A DNA stretch of 64,000 nt from Phoronis australis (lineage: Eukaryota; Animalia; Phoronida). A program made the position numbers and the translations under genes. The notes under the pieces were generated by a model. It made no database searches. It was not told where the DNA came from and was given only the letters and a program-made list of their open reading frames with translations. Location of the stretch: positions 7,571 to 71,570 of the forward strand of contig NMRA01000355.1 in assembly GCA_002633005.1 (NCBI GenBank). The letters are read 5' to 3'. Shown here in pieces: positions 52,641 through 64,000 of this stretch. The first letter of the stretch is position 1. Every line of letters starts with the position of its first letter.

Positions 52641-55529
52641 TTATAAAACGTTATGTTCTTCTTTAAAGCAAACAAGAAACGAGATTAAACACAAAAGAGC
52701 ATAACTACATGTATCGTCGACATGACAGTGATTTTAAGGTGTCTCATATTACAGCACATGGCAATGTGTTCTTACATGTAGGATTGGTGTGAAAGTGTTG
52801 TCCCGGCTGTTTCCAGTTTATCTTAATTAAAGGCCGTTTCTAGAAAACACGCTTTTGTTTTGGTTGAAAACGGTGGTTAGTAGCCAATGGGATGAAAGGA
52901 ATCGTTGGATATTATTTTCACGATTCCTCGATCTTAAGCAAATTTATGGGCCATGTTTTGTCGCTGAAGTATCTTTCCAGCTAACTGTTTTGATAGTCCA
53001 CCATAGTATGAGCTGATTAGTTGGCAATTTATGGTATCCCAAAGTTTGAGGTTTATAAGGAGTTTTCCACAATGCTTACTTTCTGTCATCGGCCATTTGT
53101 TGCGGGTGGTCAGTATAGACGAAGACAATACAGTCTTCTCTGGTATAGGTGAAAATGTTACGGAAATTCAAAAAAAAAACGAAAGACTGCGATTTATCCC
53201 TTAGGCGTTGAATCTGTCGAGGGAAATACGGCCATGTAATAAAGTTTTCCGTATTCACCTCCCTCGCTACTTCAACAGTGACCTCTGACATGGAAAGTTC
53301 AAAAGGTAGGTCAATGTCGATTCGACGTTGATAGCCGGTTCGATCACCAAACTTTCGGAAAATGGTCCAATGTAATACAATTATAGCATCGTTAGTAACG
53401 CTCAACATACAGTCAGGTCTCAATCGTAACATCTGGAACAGAACTGTTCATTATATGATAGTTCTGCCTCAGTTTTCATTTGCTACCGACTGTAACTATT
53501 TTATTGTCTTCAACTCAGGCGCCGAATTCTCGGTAAATATATTGTTATTTAACTATTTTCAGAGATGTTACAAGTTCAATGAAAAGTTACCCCTTGTTTT
53601 CATCTTTGTTATCTCTTTTCAAGTAATAAATCGTCACATTTAAAACTGTTTCTTTTACTAGAGAAAACTTGCAGCCTAAGTACATGTACATATAATGTAT
53701 ATAGACCCAGTTCACGCCGACAGGAGGCGCGTTCTAAAACGATTCTCGCTACGATAGTTGTGTTAGCTTACAGTATGGGCGTAGTGGTGTAGGTCCGCGT
53801 TACTCGAACGGTTAGAAAAAATATGGACACTCAACTGTAAGCTTTACAATCCCTAAGGACGTTGAGATTCGGAAGCATGGGGTTGTTGCAATACGCCGCG
53901 ACGAAGGAAAATCTTCAACTCGTCAACAATACGAGCAGATGACCTGGTTCGTGTTGAAATCATTTTTATCAACAATTTAATTACAAGAGGATGCGTAACC
54001 CTGCATTCAGCATAATACCTAATCCGTAACACTACAATCGCCGCAATTTGGTCATATTCACTTTTCATATTTCGAAAATAGTTTTACGAAAAAATATAAC
54101 CTTTCGTCAGACAACTCTTGGTGCGTTGACATGTTCTCTAATCTATTTTTCGATGTCTCTGTGTTTCACTGTCGACACATTTTTAAGATTTAATATCCAG
54201 GTTGGACTCGAAAGACTGGCCATTTAACTCAGGCAATTTCAACTTTCGCGTTGTTTATCGCAGTGAGCCTCGCTTTGGATTTTAATCTCCGCCGCGTGAA
54301 TCCGGTCTTTTGCATGTCATCCGCCAAGTGAACAGTCTGAGTGAAGTACTTAAAAAAACGAGGCAAAAATTAAAGAAACTTAGGAATTCGAAGTGCATGG
54401 GATAAATACTTCGCTCGAGGACTATACGCGGAATATAATGTCTTGCGGGAGATTACTTCATGTACGCCACTCTCGATACGTTTTGTGTATATATCGCAAT
54501 GCGTGTACTGTAAGCAAAGCACGTGATCACAAAAGCTTTATAATCGTGATTTTTGCTTCCTACGAAACTCTACTGAGCTTTAATAGGGGTCTCGTACTGT
54601 ATAATCTAAGATGGCACAAACTTCCATTACCAGGCTGTGTGTTAGATTTCAGGCGGACGCAGCCCAGAGGGTATGTAGTCTGCCATAAGCTATTTGCTGG
54701 TCGGTGACATACATTGAACGATTTGGTAGTTTTATGTGTGTGGTACCTCGAATATATGAGTTAGATCATTTTGGGGGTTCTTTTGAGTTTCCTGGCGGAC
54801 AAGTGCAATTCTTCTGTCGGGTCATTCGGCGTTCAGTGCGATTCGATTTTCCGCTTTGAATTAACTGTCACCTCAAATATATATACAGGTGTAGTAATCT
54901 AGCTCAAATCTCCAGGTGCATAGCGAAACTGAAATGTTTGCGGGTTTCCGGCGGGCACAACCCAAAGTGCAATTTCTCTGTCAAAGGCAATTTAGTGACC
55001 AGTAGCATGTATTAAATCATGTGGGATTTGTTTTTTGCGGAACCTCCAATATATGACCTAGCGCATTTTCGAGGGGATCCTTTTAAGGTTTCTGGTGGAC
55101 CCGTACCAGAGGGCAACTTGTCTGTCTTGGGTGTTCAGTGCGTCACGATTGTTCGGCTTAAAATAGCTTTGGTCGGTACCTGGAGTATCCAATCTAGCTC
55201 ATTTTTGGCCTCTTGCACGGGAGCCACACACGGTGTGCAGACGACGACAGACAACCATTTCTATCCATACAGGGGTTCGGTGGTCATATGTTGGTACCTC
55301 GTTCATCTATGCTACACGTAAGTGCTATTGTCCGCCGGTCTATAGCCTTCTACACGTGATTCCGAGGTCTCGTCCCTATTTTCCAGTGGCCTTTTCCTAG
55401 TAATTAATGAAGGTGCATCATTAAAATAAGTGTAACGGTTGACCACAAATTATTTCCGTTGTTTAATAATCATTAGATGATGTGATAACTCAACTATACC
55501 TTTGTTGTTTACGTCTGCGGTTATCTTTA

Positions 55530-55695
55530 TGGTCTTAAAATCACTATAGGGTGGTAACAGAACTTCATTAACGGAAACTTGATTGAAAGCACGACTGTAC
55601 CTAAGGTTGCACAGCTTGATGTAAACTCGCTTATAATCTCTGTACAATTTCTTATCTTCCGGTGAGCTGCTGTAAAGCAAATTCCCAATTGACAT
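55530..55695 (-). mobile_element. Penelope-like element ORF N-terminal remnant
   Basis: MSIGNLLY...LYRDYKRVYIKLCNLRYSRAFNQVSVNEVLLPPY resembles the R-xx-E...KL...FN-xx-C-xx-E-x-LLP-x-Y N-terminal motif of PLE proteins. Confidence 0.55.
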
Positions 55696-57869
55696 TGCGA
55701 ACAATCGTTAAAAATGTAGCTAAATTGGAGAGCATGTCTCATAGTTATGCAGACCGTAAAATGAGCAGTTGCTGGGTGTGTCCATTCAAGACCTTTTACG
55801 TTAATATGACCGGAAAAAATATAAAAGAAACAGTGTTCACACGTGATCGGTAATAAGCCTGATGTGTAATTGGCTGGCATGTAGTCCTACCAGACAGTGG
55901 TCACTTTTGAATTGCCTAAGCAGTTGGCGAAAAACATTAGCATTGATAGCAAACACGCCAAGCCACAAATTAATCGACTTGGAGTCGCTGATGAATGAAA
56001 AGCAATCAATCAAAATATTTTGCTGAAGGAATCTGGATGACAACTGAACAAGTGAGTTGTACTTTGGTCACATAAATCTTGGCCTTCTTGTCACGCAAGA
56101 AGGGCTCATTTTGAGGTAATTGGAGAATCCAAAATGATAATAAATGCCTAGCCTTGGTCATGTGGAGATGTACTTAATCTAGATACAAGTAGCGCAAACC
56201 ACAAGTCATCGGTGTATGCCACGTTGTTGCCATTTTCAGCAAATCAAAATTTCCTCAAAAAAAGATTTGGTATATTTTAAACAGTAAGCGGGCGCATCAC
56301 TATCAACTTTAAAGTGGTCAGCAACCCGTGTACCTTCTAAGAATCTTTACACACCTTAGCGCTATAAAAATGGTCTCGCCCAGTCCCCACTCGCATGAGA
56401 TGTGCTTTTTTGAAGCCACAGATGAATCTTAAGTTGAAAACTTGGGTATGGACAACTGCATCCATGAAGAATGCCAAAAGTGGAATCTGATTCTTGAAGT
56501 CCAAACTTGAAGCAAAGTTTGTTAATTTGGGTCCACAAAGTGTCACTCCATGTACAACCTCTTGAACCATCTGACGTACAGAAAGGACAAATACTTCGCC
56601 ATGGGTTTACTTCACCAAGGCAGGTGAAACGTCCTTTATTAATTGATCTATTGAGAAAGCCGGCCTTACGTAGGCACGTTAATAATCCTGGCGTCTGTCC
56701 TTAGATGAAACATTGTTATGAAGTGCTTATGGAAACAACGTACATGTAATAGCGCAATAGGCATTTTGAGGATGTCGGTACGAACTTGATATTTCATTGT
56801 AATTACCAATTAACGTTTGTGATCGAAGCGTAAGCATCAATCAAGCAGTGCCTTATGTCTTATGTCTTGTTATTGCAATATCAGTCTACATATTACCTGG
56901 ATCTTACAAAAACAATACAGCTGAACCTAAGCGATGAAATACCAAACAATGATCTTGAAGTTAAGAGACAGTATCCTTTAGAAAGGTTGGTTGCCTTGAA
57001 GACAATTATAAACTTCGATTGTTTTCTCAATTCACAGACAGATTCAGACAACCAGGACGCACGATCTTCTTCCAGTTTTGTGGGAGTTATATCTTAGAAT
57101 TTTAGTTTTTATCAAAAAGCGATATCAGTTGGGAACCATGCTATTAACTTTTCACCATATTGTCCGTTTCCAAAGGTATAAAGTTCTTCTCTTCGAAATT
57201 ATATAAAGTCAGAAAAACATTTCCTTCATCAATGAAACACGCCGATCTAGTAACGGAAAACAAATGTTTACTGTTCAAATGTACAGAACCAGTCACGTAC
57301 TTACATGTATAGCGGAATCAAAACGTCCACTACTGTGTTGATTGCTAGATATATCACGAATTGTTCTCACGAAGGTTGGCCATTACCTCGTACATAAAAC
57401 GAAAAAAATAACCATTCAAAATTCTAAGAGACATCACATCACAAAACTGAAAGCAAACCTTGCTTTGTTCATTACTTCCAAACGTACACTATTTTATACC
57501 ACAATATTAGCTTCAAATGGCAGATACAACCGTGTAATAACCCATGAAGTTATTTTACTAGAATGTACTAGTTTTACTGTACTGTACCACAGGAGAATGT
57601 TTTTTACAAAAACGCCTAATTACCTTTTGTGAGTTAATTTGGCTTCGAAACCAAAATGAACGAGTCATTAAAAATTAAAAATTTCTAAAAGCGCTCGTCA
57701 CATATATCGGCAAGTTTCCAATTAAGGAAGGTTTCATTAAACTCGACTAAAAGGTATTTGGGTTATGTCAGTGTACCTTTGATTCAAATGAAAATTTGAA
57801 TTAAAAAGGGTGGCGACGTCATAATAACAATGTCACGTGAGTATAAAGTGTATTTTTATAACACCTCAT

Positions 57870-57952
57870 CTTTCTTATTTTTTGTAATTATGTACTTGTA
57901 CTGGTTGACAGCTTTCTTATTTTTTGTAATTACATACTTCTACTGGTTGACA
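57870..57952. repeat. 42-bp tandem duplication (2 copies)
   Basis: ctttcttattttttgtaatta(tg/ca)tactt(g/c)tactggttgaca, twice. Confidence 0.9.
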
Positions 57953-58177
57953 CATCTTGTTTTTTTGGCAATTGACCCTTGAGTTGACGTTACTTAATCA
58001 GATCCTACATAACCATGAAACGTTGTCCATACTTGCCGACTTCGAAGACTTTACAACTTTGTCATTTATTAATAACATATACATGTACAATTTAAACATT
58101 AAAAACTAAAGTATGCTCTGTAACCCACGTCATTCTTGAAATGGCAAGATTGCAAAGTCTTCTACGTTTGCAAGTAT

Positions 58178-58257
58178 GAGAGAGGGGGATGGAGGGAGGG
58201 AGGAAGGGACGGAGGGAAGTACAGAAGGAGAGAGGAATAGAGGGAGGGAGAGAGAGA

Positions 58258-58306
<49 letters not shown>
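58178..58306. repeat. (GA)n/(GGGA)n purine microsatellite running into the gap
   Basis: Directly visible. Confidence 0.95.
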
Positions 58307-58622
58307 NNNNNNNNNNNNNNNNNNNNNNNNNNNNNNNNNNNNNNNNNNNNNNNNNNNNNNNNNNNNNNNNNNNNNNNNNNNNNNNNNNNNNNNNNNNNNN
58401 NNNNNNNNNNNNNNNNNNNNNNNNNNNNNNNNNNNNNNNNNNNNNNNNNNNNNNNNNNNNNNNNNNNNNNNNNNNNNNNNNNNNNNNNNNNNNNNNNNNN
58501 NNNNNNNNNNNNNNNNNNNNNNNNNNNNNNNNNNNNNNNNNNNNNNNNNNNNNNNNNNNNNNNNNNNNNNNNNNNNNNNNNNNNNNNNNNNNNNNNNNNN
58601 NNNNNNNNNNNNNNNNNNNNNN
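58307..58622. other. Assembly gap (316 N)
   Basis: Run of N. Confidence 0.99.
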
Positions 58623-58832
58623 CATTTCAGAAGTAATTATCATACTACTTGTGTATTTATCAATTGATCGTCAAAAATGGAAGAGGTTCCGCTTTTTAAA
58701 AGGAACTCGACCTTTTTGAAACTTCAAAAAGCTCCCAGCATTAAAGTAGCACTTTTTGGCTTAAAGGTACCGTAATAATTACCAAATACTCAATACCAGG
58801 AGAACTTAGATGTACAGATATAAACTGCTGTT

Positions 58833-60540
58833 CTATACACCTAGATGTAATTCGGTGGTTCAAAATACCAAATCTAATGAACGACTGTATCATTCCTAGA
58901 TACATGTATGTAACACACAAGATCGACACGGATAGTTTACATGGGTTTTCTATGTATTTATGTAAATGAATTACATATTAAGCACTTACAGCTCTCAGTG
59001 TAACGTTCTACATTCTTGTTTATATTCTAATTGAAGTAAACGTGATCTTACATCTTAGTCACGTGCTTTTCTAACCGTGCGGTCTCTCTTGTATCCGAGT
59101 TTAATTCTTTGTAAAAACATTTAATTTACGTTCTTAAATGAACTTGCATTGTAACTTGTTTCATTGTAGAATTATTTGTTTCTGATGTTATCTTTATTGT
59201 TCTTCTTAAAGAGAATGCCACGTACCCGATATAATTAGTTTTTTTTACCTTCTTAATCGGTCTATACCCACGTCACCTCGTACGTGGGCTATCTTACCTC
59301 GCCGAGAGGCGTCGCGTTAACCAGTGAGGAAGGGGAGCAACGATGCAGCGACGTCAGCGGTTCTTCTACAGAGTGGGTGCCCCTGTGGTGTCGTGTGGTG
59401 TGGTGTATTGTTGCCACTTGTGCGAACTATGAAGCTGCGATGAAAGCGGGTGCATCGTTTTTTCGGTTTCCTCGAGAGCCCATAATGCTTCGGAAATTGC
59501 TTGTGGTAGTGAGGAATGAAAGGTACGCCGTTAATACCTAATAGGAGGCTGTGAAACTTCTCCGCGTCTGTCAGTGGCCGGCATTTTGCCCACGGTGATT
59601 TCACTGACGATGGAATGCCGGCTTATCAAACAGCTCATGCCAGGGCAGAAAAAGATACTGAAGCTGAAGTCGGATGTTTTGCCTAGGGTGTTTGCGTTCG
59701 ACAGACGGGAGACAAAGAAACGCGATTCAGTTGTTGATTAGTTTTTGATTATAGAGAATTGTAATTGGCCATGAAAACATAATAAACGATTACAATTAAT
59801 AACGTTTTACACAACGTGTTTTATGACTGACTCGTTCGCCAAGCTTCTGTTTGGTCTCCTTTCGCCAAAAAATCATCTTAAACACACCTCTGTTTAGGCG
59901 CGGTGCAAATCAAGAAGACCCGTTAGACACATCTGCTCTTTCCCAAAAGGCGTTTCAATTGCGGAATTTCGTGGCAGCAAACGCAAGCGTCAATCGTTTC
60001 CATTATCGTGACACCATGAAAATTCATTCAAACGGTTTTCGGAACCATCCATGTGTTCCGCATTTTGTGCACGTTCACGGAGCCTCTCTAGCAATGAAAA
60101 AATCACGCGTGACTGGTAGTTTAGTTTCCAAGTTTAGCTGGCTTATGTTCATGATATCTTCAGTCCGGCCGCGATGGGCCTGGTCGATGTTTCGAGCCTC
60201 TGGCCAGGATAGCAAGAGTTTTGTGTGTTTAGAAATGAACAAAAATCGCAAGTCTTAATTCACAACACACAGCTATGTTCTCTTGTCAGTATTTCACGGA
60301 CAAATAATTCGAATTTATCACCGAACCTAAAATTCCCGCGACCGACCTTGGTAAATTGACCTACCAAACTGTAGACTACGGTACGTTCAAATACATAAAA
60401 ATCCGTACGATAACTCGATGTATTTCTAAGGGTTTTCCATCGAATTTTGACGATTTGTTGGTGTAAACGACGAATTCAAGCAAAAATCTGGCACCAGTAT
60501 TGTTTCTGTTTCTATGGTGACATCAGAGGGTAGGCACCGG
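58833..60540 (+). repeat. Copy 1 of a near-identical duplication (copy 2: 61125-63115)
   Basis: Colinear from ctatacacctagatgt to gggtaggcaccgg; ends at the single N at 60541. Confidence 0.92.
59210..60501 (+). mobile_element. Kolobok-type element (THAP on +, KolX/ballast-like on -), right end lost
   Basis: TTAA (59206-09) followed by AGAGAATGCCA. THAP remnant CIVATCANYEAAMKAGASFFRFPRE...RHF...LKLKSDVLPRVF. The minus strand at 59825-60100 reads RLNEFSWC..IMETIDACVCCHEIPQ. The right arm aligns with the reverse complement of about 27090-27545. Confidence 0.82.
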
Positions 60541-60934
60541 NTGAAAAACATACATCGTGTTTGCTATCTTCACTGCAGGTTAGGGTTTGGAAAGGGTGTG
60601 TAGTGTAAACATTAAATTTGTGAGGAGCCGAGCTTCAACAACATGTTTACGATGCATAAAGTTATGCCATTGTCTTACCTCTTGAACCAGGGGCTAAGAA
60701 CATTCTTACATGTAATAGTAACAATGAGTTCTGAGGCTCACCGGCATGTCAATCGCGATACTGCTCAAGGAATAATGAACTCAAAGAATTTTCTGGAAAC
60801 CTCACCACAACTTGCTGCATGCAAAATCTATCTTCATTACAGAAAATCACATCCGTCACCACACAGATCACTTGAGCCATCGATTAGTAGAACAGAGTGT
60901 AAGACAAAAACCAAATTTGTCAGGATTGTCAAAT

Positions 60935-61047
60935 CATTCACACTTAGGACGCTTCCTATCAAGTGCTGGTGGTGTGTCACATTACATGTAGATAGTAGAT
61001 AATCGCATTCACACTTAGGACGCTTCCTATCAAGTGCTGGTGGTGTG
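60935..61047. repeat. 42-bp direct repeat (period 71)
   Basis: cattcacacttaggacgcttcctatcaagtgctggtggtgtg at 60935 and 61006. Confidence 0.9.
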
Positions 61048-61124
61048 AGCGATAATTCTCCAAAATCCACTCGGGCTCTAGATAACGGGGGATAACGACT
61101 TCGCCATGTAATAATCTATATGTA

Positions 61125-63115
61125 CTATACACCTAGATGTAATTCGGTGGTTCAAAATACCAAATCTAATGAACGACTGTATCATTCCTAGATACATGTA
61201 CTGTATGTAACAGACAAGATCGACACGGATAGTTTACATGGGGATTCTATGTATTTATGTAAATGAATTACATAATAAGCACTTACAGCTCTCAGTGTAA
61301 CGTTCTACATTCTTGTTTATATTCTAATTGAAGTAAACGTGATCATATGTCTTACATCTTAGTCACGTGCTTTTCTAACCGTGCGGTCTCTCTTGTATCC
61401 GAGTTTAATTCTTTGTAAAAACATTTAATTTACGTTCTTAAATGAACTTGCATTGTAACTTGTTTCATTGTAGAAGTAAGTGTTTTATGATGTTATCTTT
61501 ATTGTTCTTCTTAAAGAGAATGCCACGTACCCGATTTAATTAGTTTTTTTTACCTTCTTAATCGGTCTATATCCACGTCACCTCGTACATGGGCTATCTT
61601 ACCTCGCCGAGAGGCGTCGCGTTAACCAGTGAGGAAGGGGAGCAACAATGCAGCGACGTCAGCGGTTCTTTCACAGAGTGGGGGCCCCTGTGGTGTGGTG
61701 TGGTGTATTGTTGCCACTTGTGCGAACTATGAAGCTGCGATGAAAGCGGTTGCATCGTTTTTTTCGGTTTCCTCGAGAGCCCATAATGCTTCGGAAATTG
61801 CTTGTGGTAGTGAGGAATGAAAAGTACGCTGTTAATACCTAATAGGAGGCTGTGAAACTTCTCCGCGTCTGTCAGTGGCCGGCATTTTGCCCACGGTGAT
61901 TTCACTGACAATGGAATGTCGGCTAATCAAACAGCTCATGCCAGGGCAGAAAAAGATACTGAAGCTGAAGTCGGATGTTTTGCCTAGGGTGTTTGCGTTC
62001 GACAGACAGGAGACAAAGAAACGCGATTCAGTTGTTGATTAGTTTTTGATTATAGAGAATTGTAGTTGGCCATGAAAACATAATAAACGATTACAATGAA
62101 TTCATGGCATGAGAACATAACGTTTTACACAACGTGTTTTATGACTGGCTCGTTCTGTTCAGGCGCGGTGCAAATCAAGGTGGCCCGTTAGACACATCTG
62201 CTCTTTCCCAAAAAGGCGTTTCACTTGCGGAATTTCGTGGCAGCAAACGCAAGCGTCAATCGTTTCCATTATCGTGACACCATGAAAAGTCATTCAAACG
62301 GTTTTCGGAACCATCCATGTGTTCCGCATTTTGTGCACGTTCACGGAACCTCTCTATCAATGAAAAAATCACGCGTTACCGGCTTTAGATGCACTAAATT
62401 AATTGCCCAGGCACCGAGGCCGTGTGAGCGCATGCTAATTCAGTGTTTGCTGTGGTGAAACAATAACTGATTTTATAAGCTATGGTCAGATGTTAGATTC
62501 TCATATACGTTATTCGAATCATTGTTGCTGTACAAGTTTTGCCGTGACGATTCTGTGGAATGGTAACCTGACTTCGCGGTCGGACCCGACGAGTTAGCAA
62601 GTAGATTTGCAGTTTCGCTTCTACTTCATCAAAAAATTCACATAGCCTACACATTATTTCTTTGGCTTACTAGTAAAGTCTTTTCGTGACTGGTAGTTTA
62701 GTTTCCAAGTTTAGCTGGCTTTTGTTCATGATATCTTCAGTCCGGCCGCGATGGGCCTGGTCGATGTTTCGAGCCTCTGGCCAGGATAGCAAGAGTTTTG
62801 TGTGTTTAGAAATGAAAATAAAATCGCAAGTCTTAATTCACAGCACACAGCTATGTTCTCTTGTCAGTATTTCACAAATAATTCGAATTTATCACCGAAC
62901 CTAAAATTCCCGCGACCGACCTTGCTAAATTGACCTACCAAACTGTAGACTAAGGTACGTTCAAATACCTAAAAATCCGTACGATAACTCGATGTATTTC
63001 TAAGGGTTTTACATCGAATTTTGACGATTTCTTGGTGTAAAACGACGAATTCAAGCAAAAATCTGGCACCAGTATTGTTTCTGTTTCTATGGTGACATCA
63101 GAGGGTAGGCACCGG
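61125..63115 (+). repeat. Copy 2 of the near-identical duplication
   Basis: Colinear with 58833-60540, plus about 310 bp extra (62377-62688). Confidence 0.92.
61515..63076 (+). mobile_element. Kolobok-type element, second copy or allele
   Basis: TTAA (61511-14) followed by AGAGAATGCCA; same THAP and KolX remnants as 59210-60501. Confidence 0.82.
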
Positions 63116-63445
63116 GATAGTATCTGGCCCTCCTCCTTCCAGTATCGTAAGCAACGTAAATTTGGAGATGCAACCAAGTTCGTGCTGGTTTCACACTCTT
63201 CGAGCTTTTCCCCTGATACGAGTTTTTCTCCGTATTGCCATCCTCGCTCTATGAGGCGCTTTGTTGCCCATCTCTCCTGCTGTTGTACAATCTCGGCATC
63301 AGTAAGCGATTCCCGCACTCTGGAGATTACATCTGCTGGTGTGAGGAGCAGTTCGGCAATCGGTTCTGCGATGCCTGCAAGCTCATCTGTCTTGACGTTG
63401 CATGAGATGCCACAGTGTCCTGGTATATAAACTCTGGTGAAGAGA
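63077..63445 (-). mobile_element. 3' end of an RNase H-bearing non-LTR retrotransposon (I-group/Ingi-like)
   Basis: VYIPGHCGISCNVKTDELA matches the RNase H PGH-x-GI-x-GNE-x-AD-x-LA motif. The ORF ends ...ILEGGGPDTIPVPTL*, followed by a short (AGAAAC)2 tail. Confidence 0.7.
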
Positions 63446-64000
63446 CTATTAATTGGTTAAATGTATATTAAGAAAGAAAATTAAGTATATAAATAGTAGA
63501 CCGGTTCTTGAATTGCCTGGTTTACGTCCTTCATGAGTTCACCTGTCCCAAATTGAGTGCTTTCGTTTTTCTTTTCAGGTCGTCACAGTCGTGATCTGCC
63601 CAGTAGCCTATTGTATCAACGTGCGCAACAACGGTCTTGGCAGGGGGTTGCACCAAGCAGACTCCCTTAGAATTAGTGGCACAAAATCGACATTGGTGTG
63701 CAGCAGGAGGCCGAGTGGGGAGGGGTGGCGGCGTAAATTAGTAGTGACTGGGGGAGATTGAGCTGCGCGAAATTGGTGTTGACCGTGGACGCCGCTATAC
63801 TGGTGACGACCAGAAGAAACGGCCCTGTTATCTTCCTCGCAGATTATCAGAAAATGCTAACGATTATCAGTTTCATTTCATCGATTACGCAAACAGATTT
63901 CACAAGTCAGAGTTTTCACTGCGGTTGAAAACGTAAGCGAACCCAGATGTGTTAGGTCCCCTCAGTTGCATGAAGACGCGCCAGTGTATCACTGAGTTAA

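Noticed and set aside
58092-58719. Long ORFs across the gap
   Set aside because: Made of the GA microsatellite and Ns.
63530-63845. Stop-free minus-strand frame with HQCRFC...HDC
   Set aside because: No start codon, no convincing acceptor and no recognisable domain; cannot be supported from the sequence alone.
1-64000. CRISPR arrays, rRNA/tRNA genes or prokaryotic operons
   Set aside because: None seen. The DNA is eukaryotic, the short direct repeats have only two copies, and most 60-130 aa ORFs in the track are chance frames.

Overview
Eukaryotic, AT-rich (roughly 38-40% GC by eye) animal genomic DNA with GT-AG introns. It looks like a marine invertebrate scaffold, with a 316-N gap and a single N. 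Two spliced genes can be reconstructed by hand, and they face each other tail-to-tail. The first is a 2-exon type II PKA regulatory subunit (+, 12103-16483, 363 aa). The second is a 7-exon Amt-family ammonium transporter (-, 44107-22100, 617 aa) with a long Arg/Ser-rich tail. The rest is intron/intergenic DNA rich in decayed transposons: a TTAA-flanked Kolobok-type family (THAP domain facing a P2X7-ballast-like Cys-rich ORF; 4 pieces), Penelope-like fragments with a degenerate hammerhead core, L1/Tx1 and RNase H-bearing LINE fragments, MITEs and microsatellites. There is also a ~1.7-2 kb duplication that is probably an uncollapsed haplotype. Most notable: both cyclic-nucleotide pockets of the PKA-RII carry Ser at the Ala/Thr cAMP-vs-cGMP selectivity position; the gene is nearly intronless; a candidate 44-nt cassette exon would delete the Amt tail; and TACATGTA, a possible Tc1/mariner excision footprint, is about 20-fold over-represented. 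All homology calls come from motif recognition; no database searches were run.
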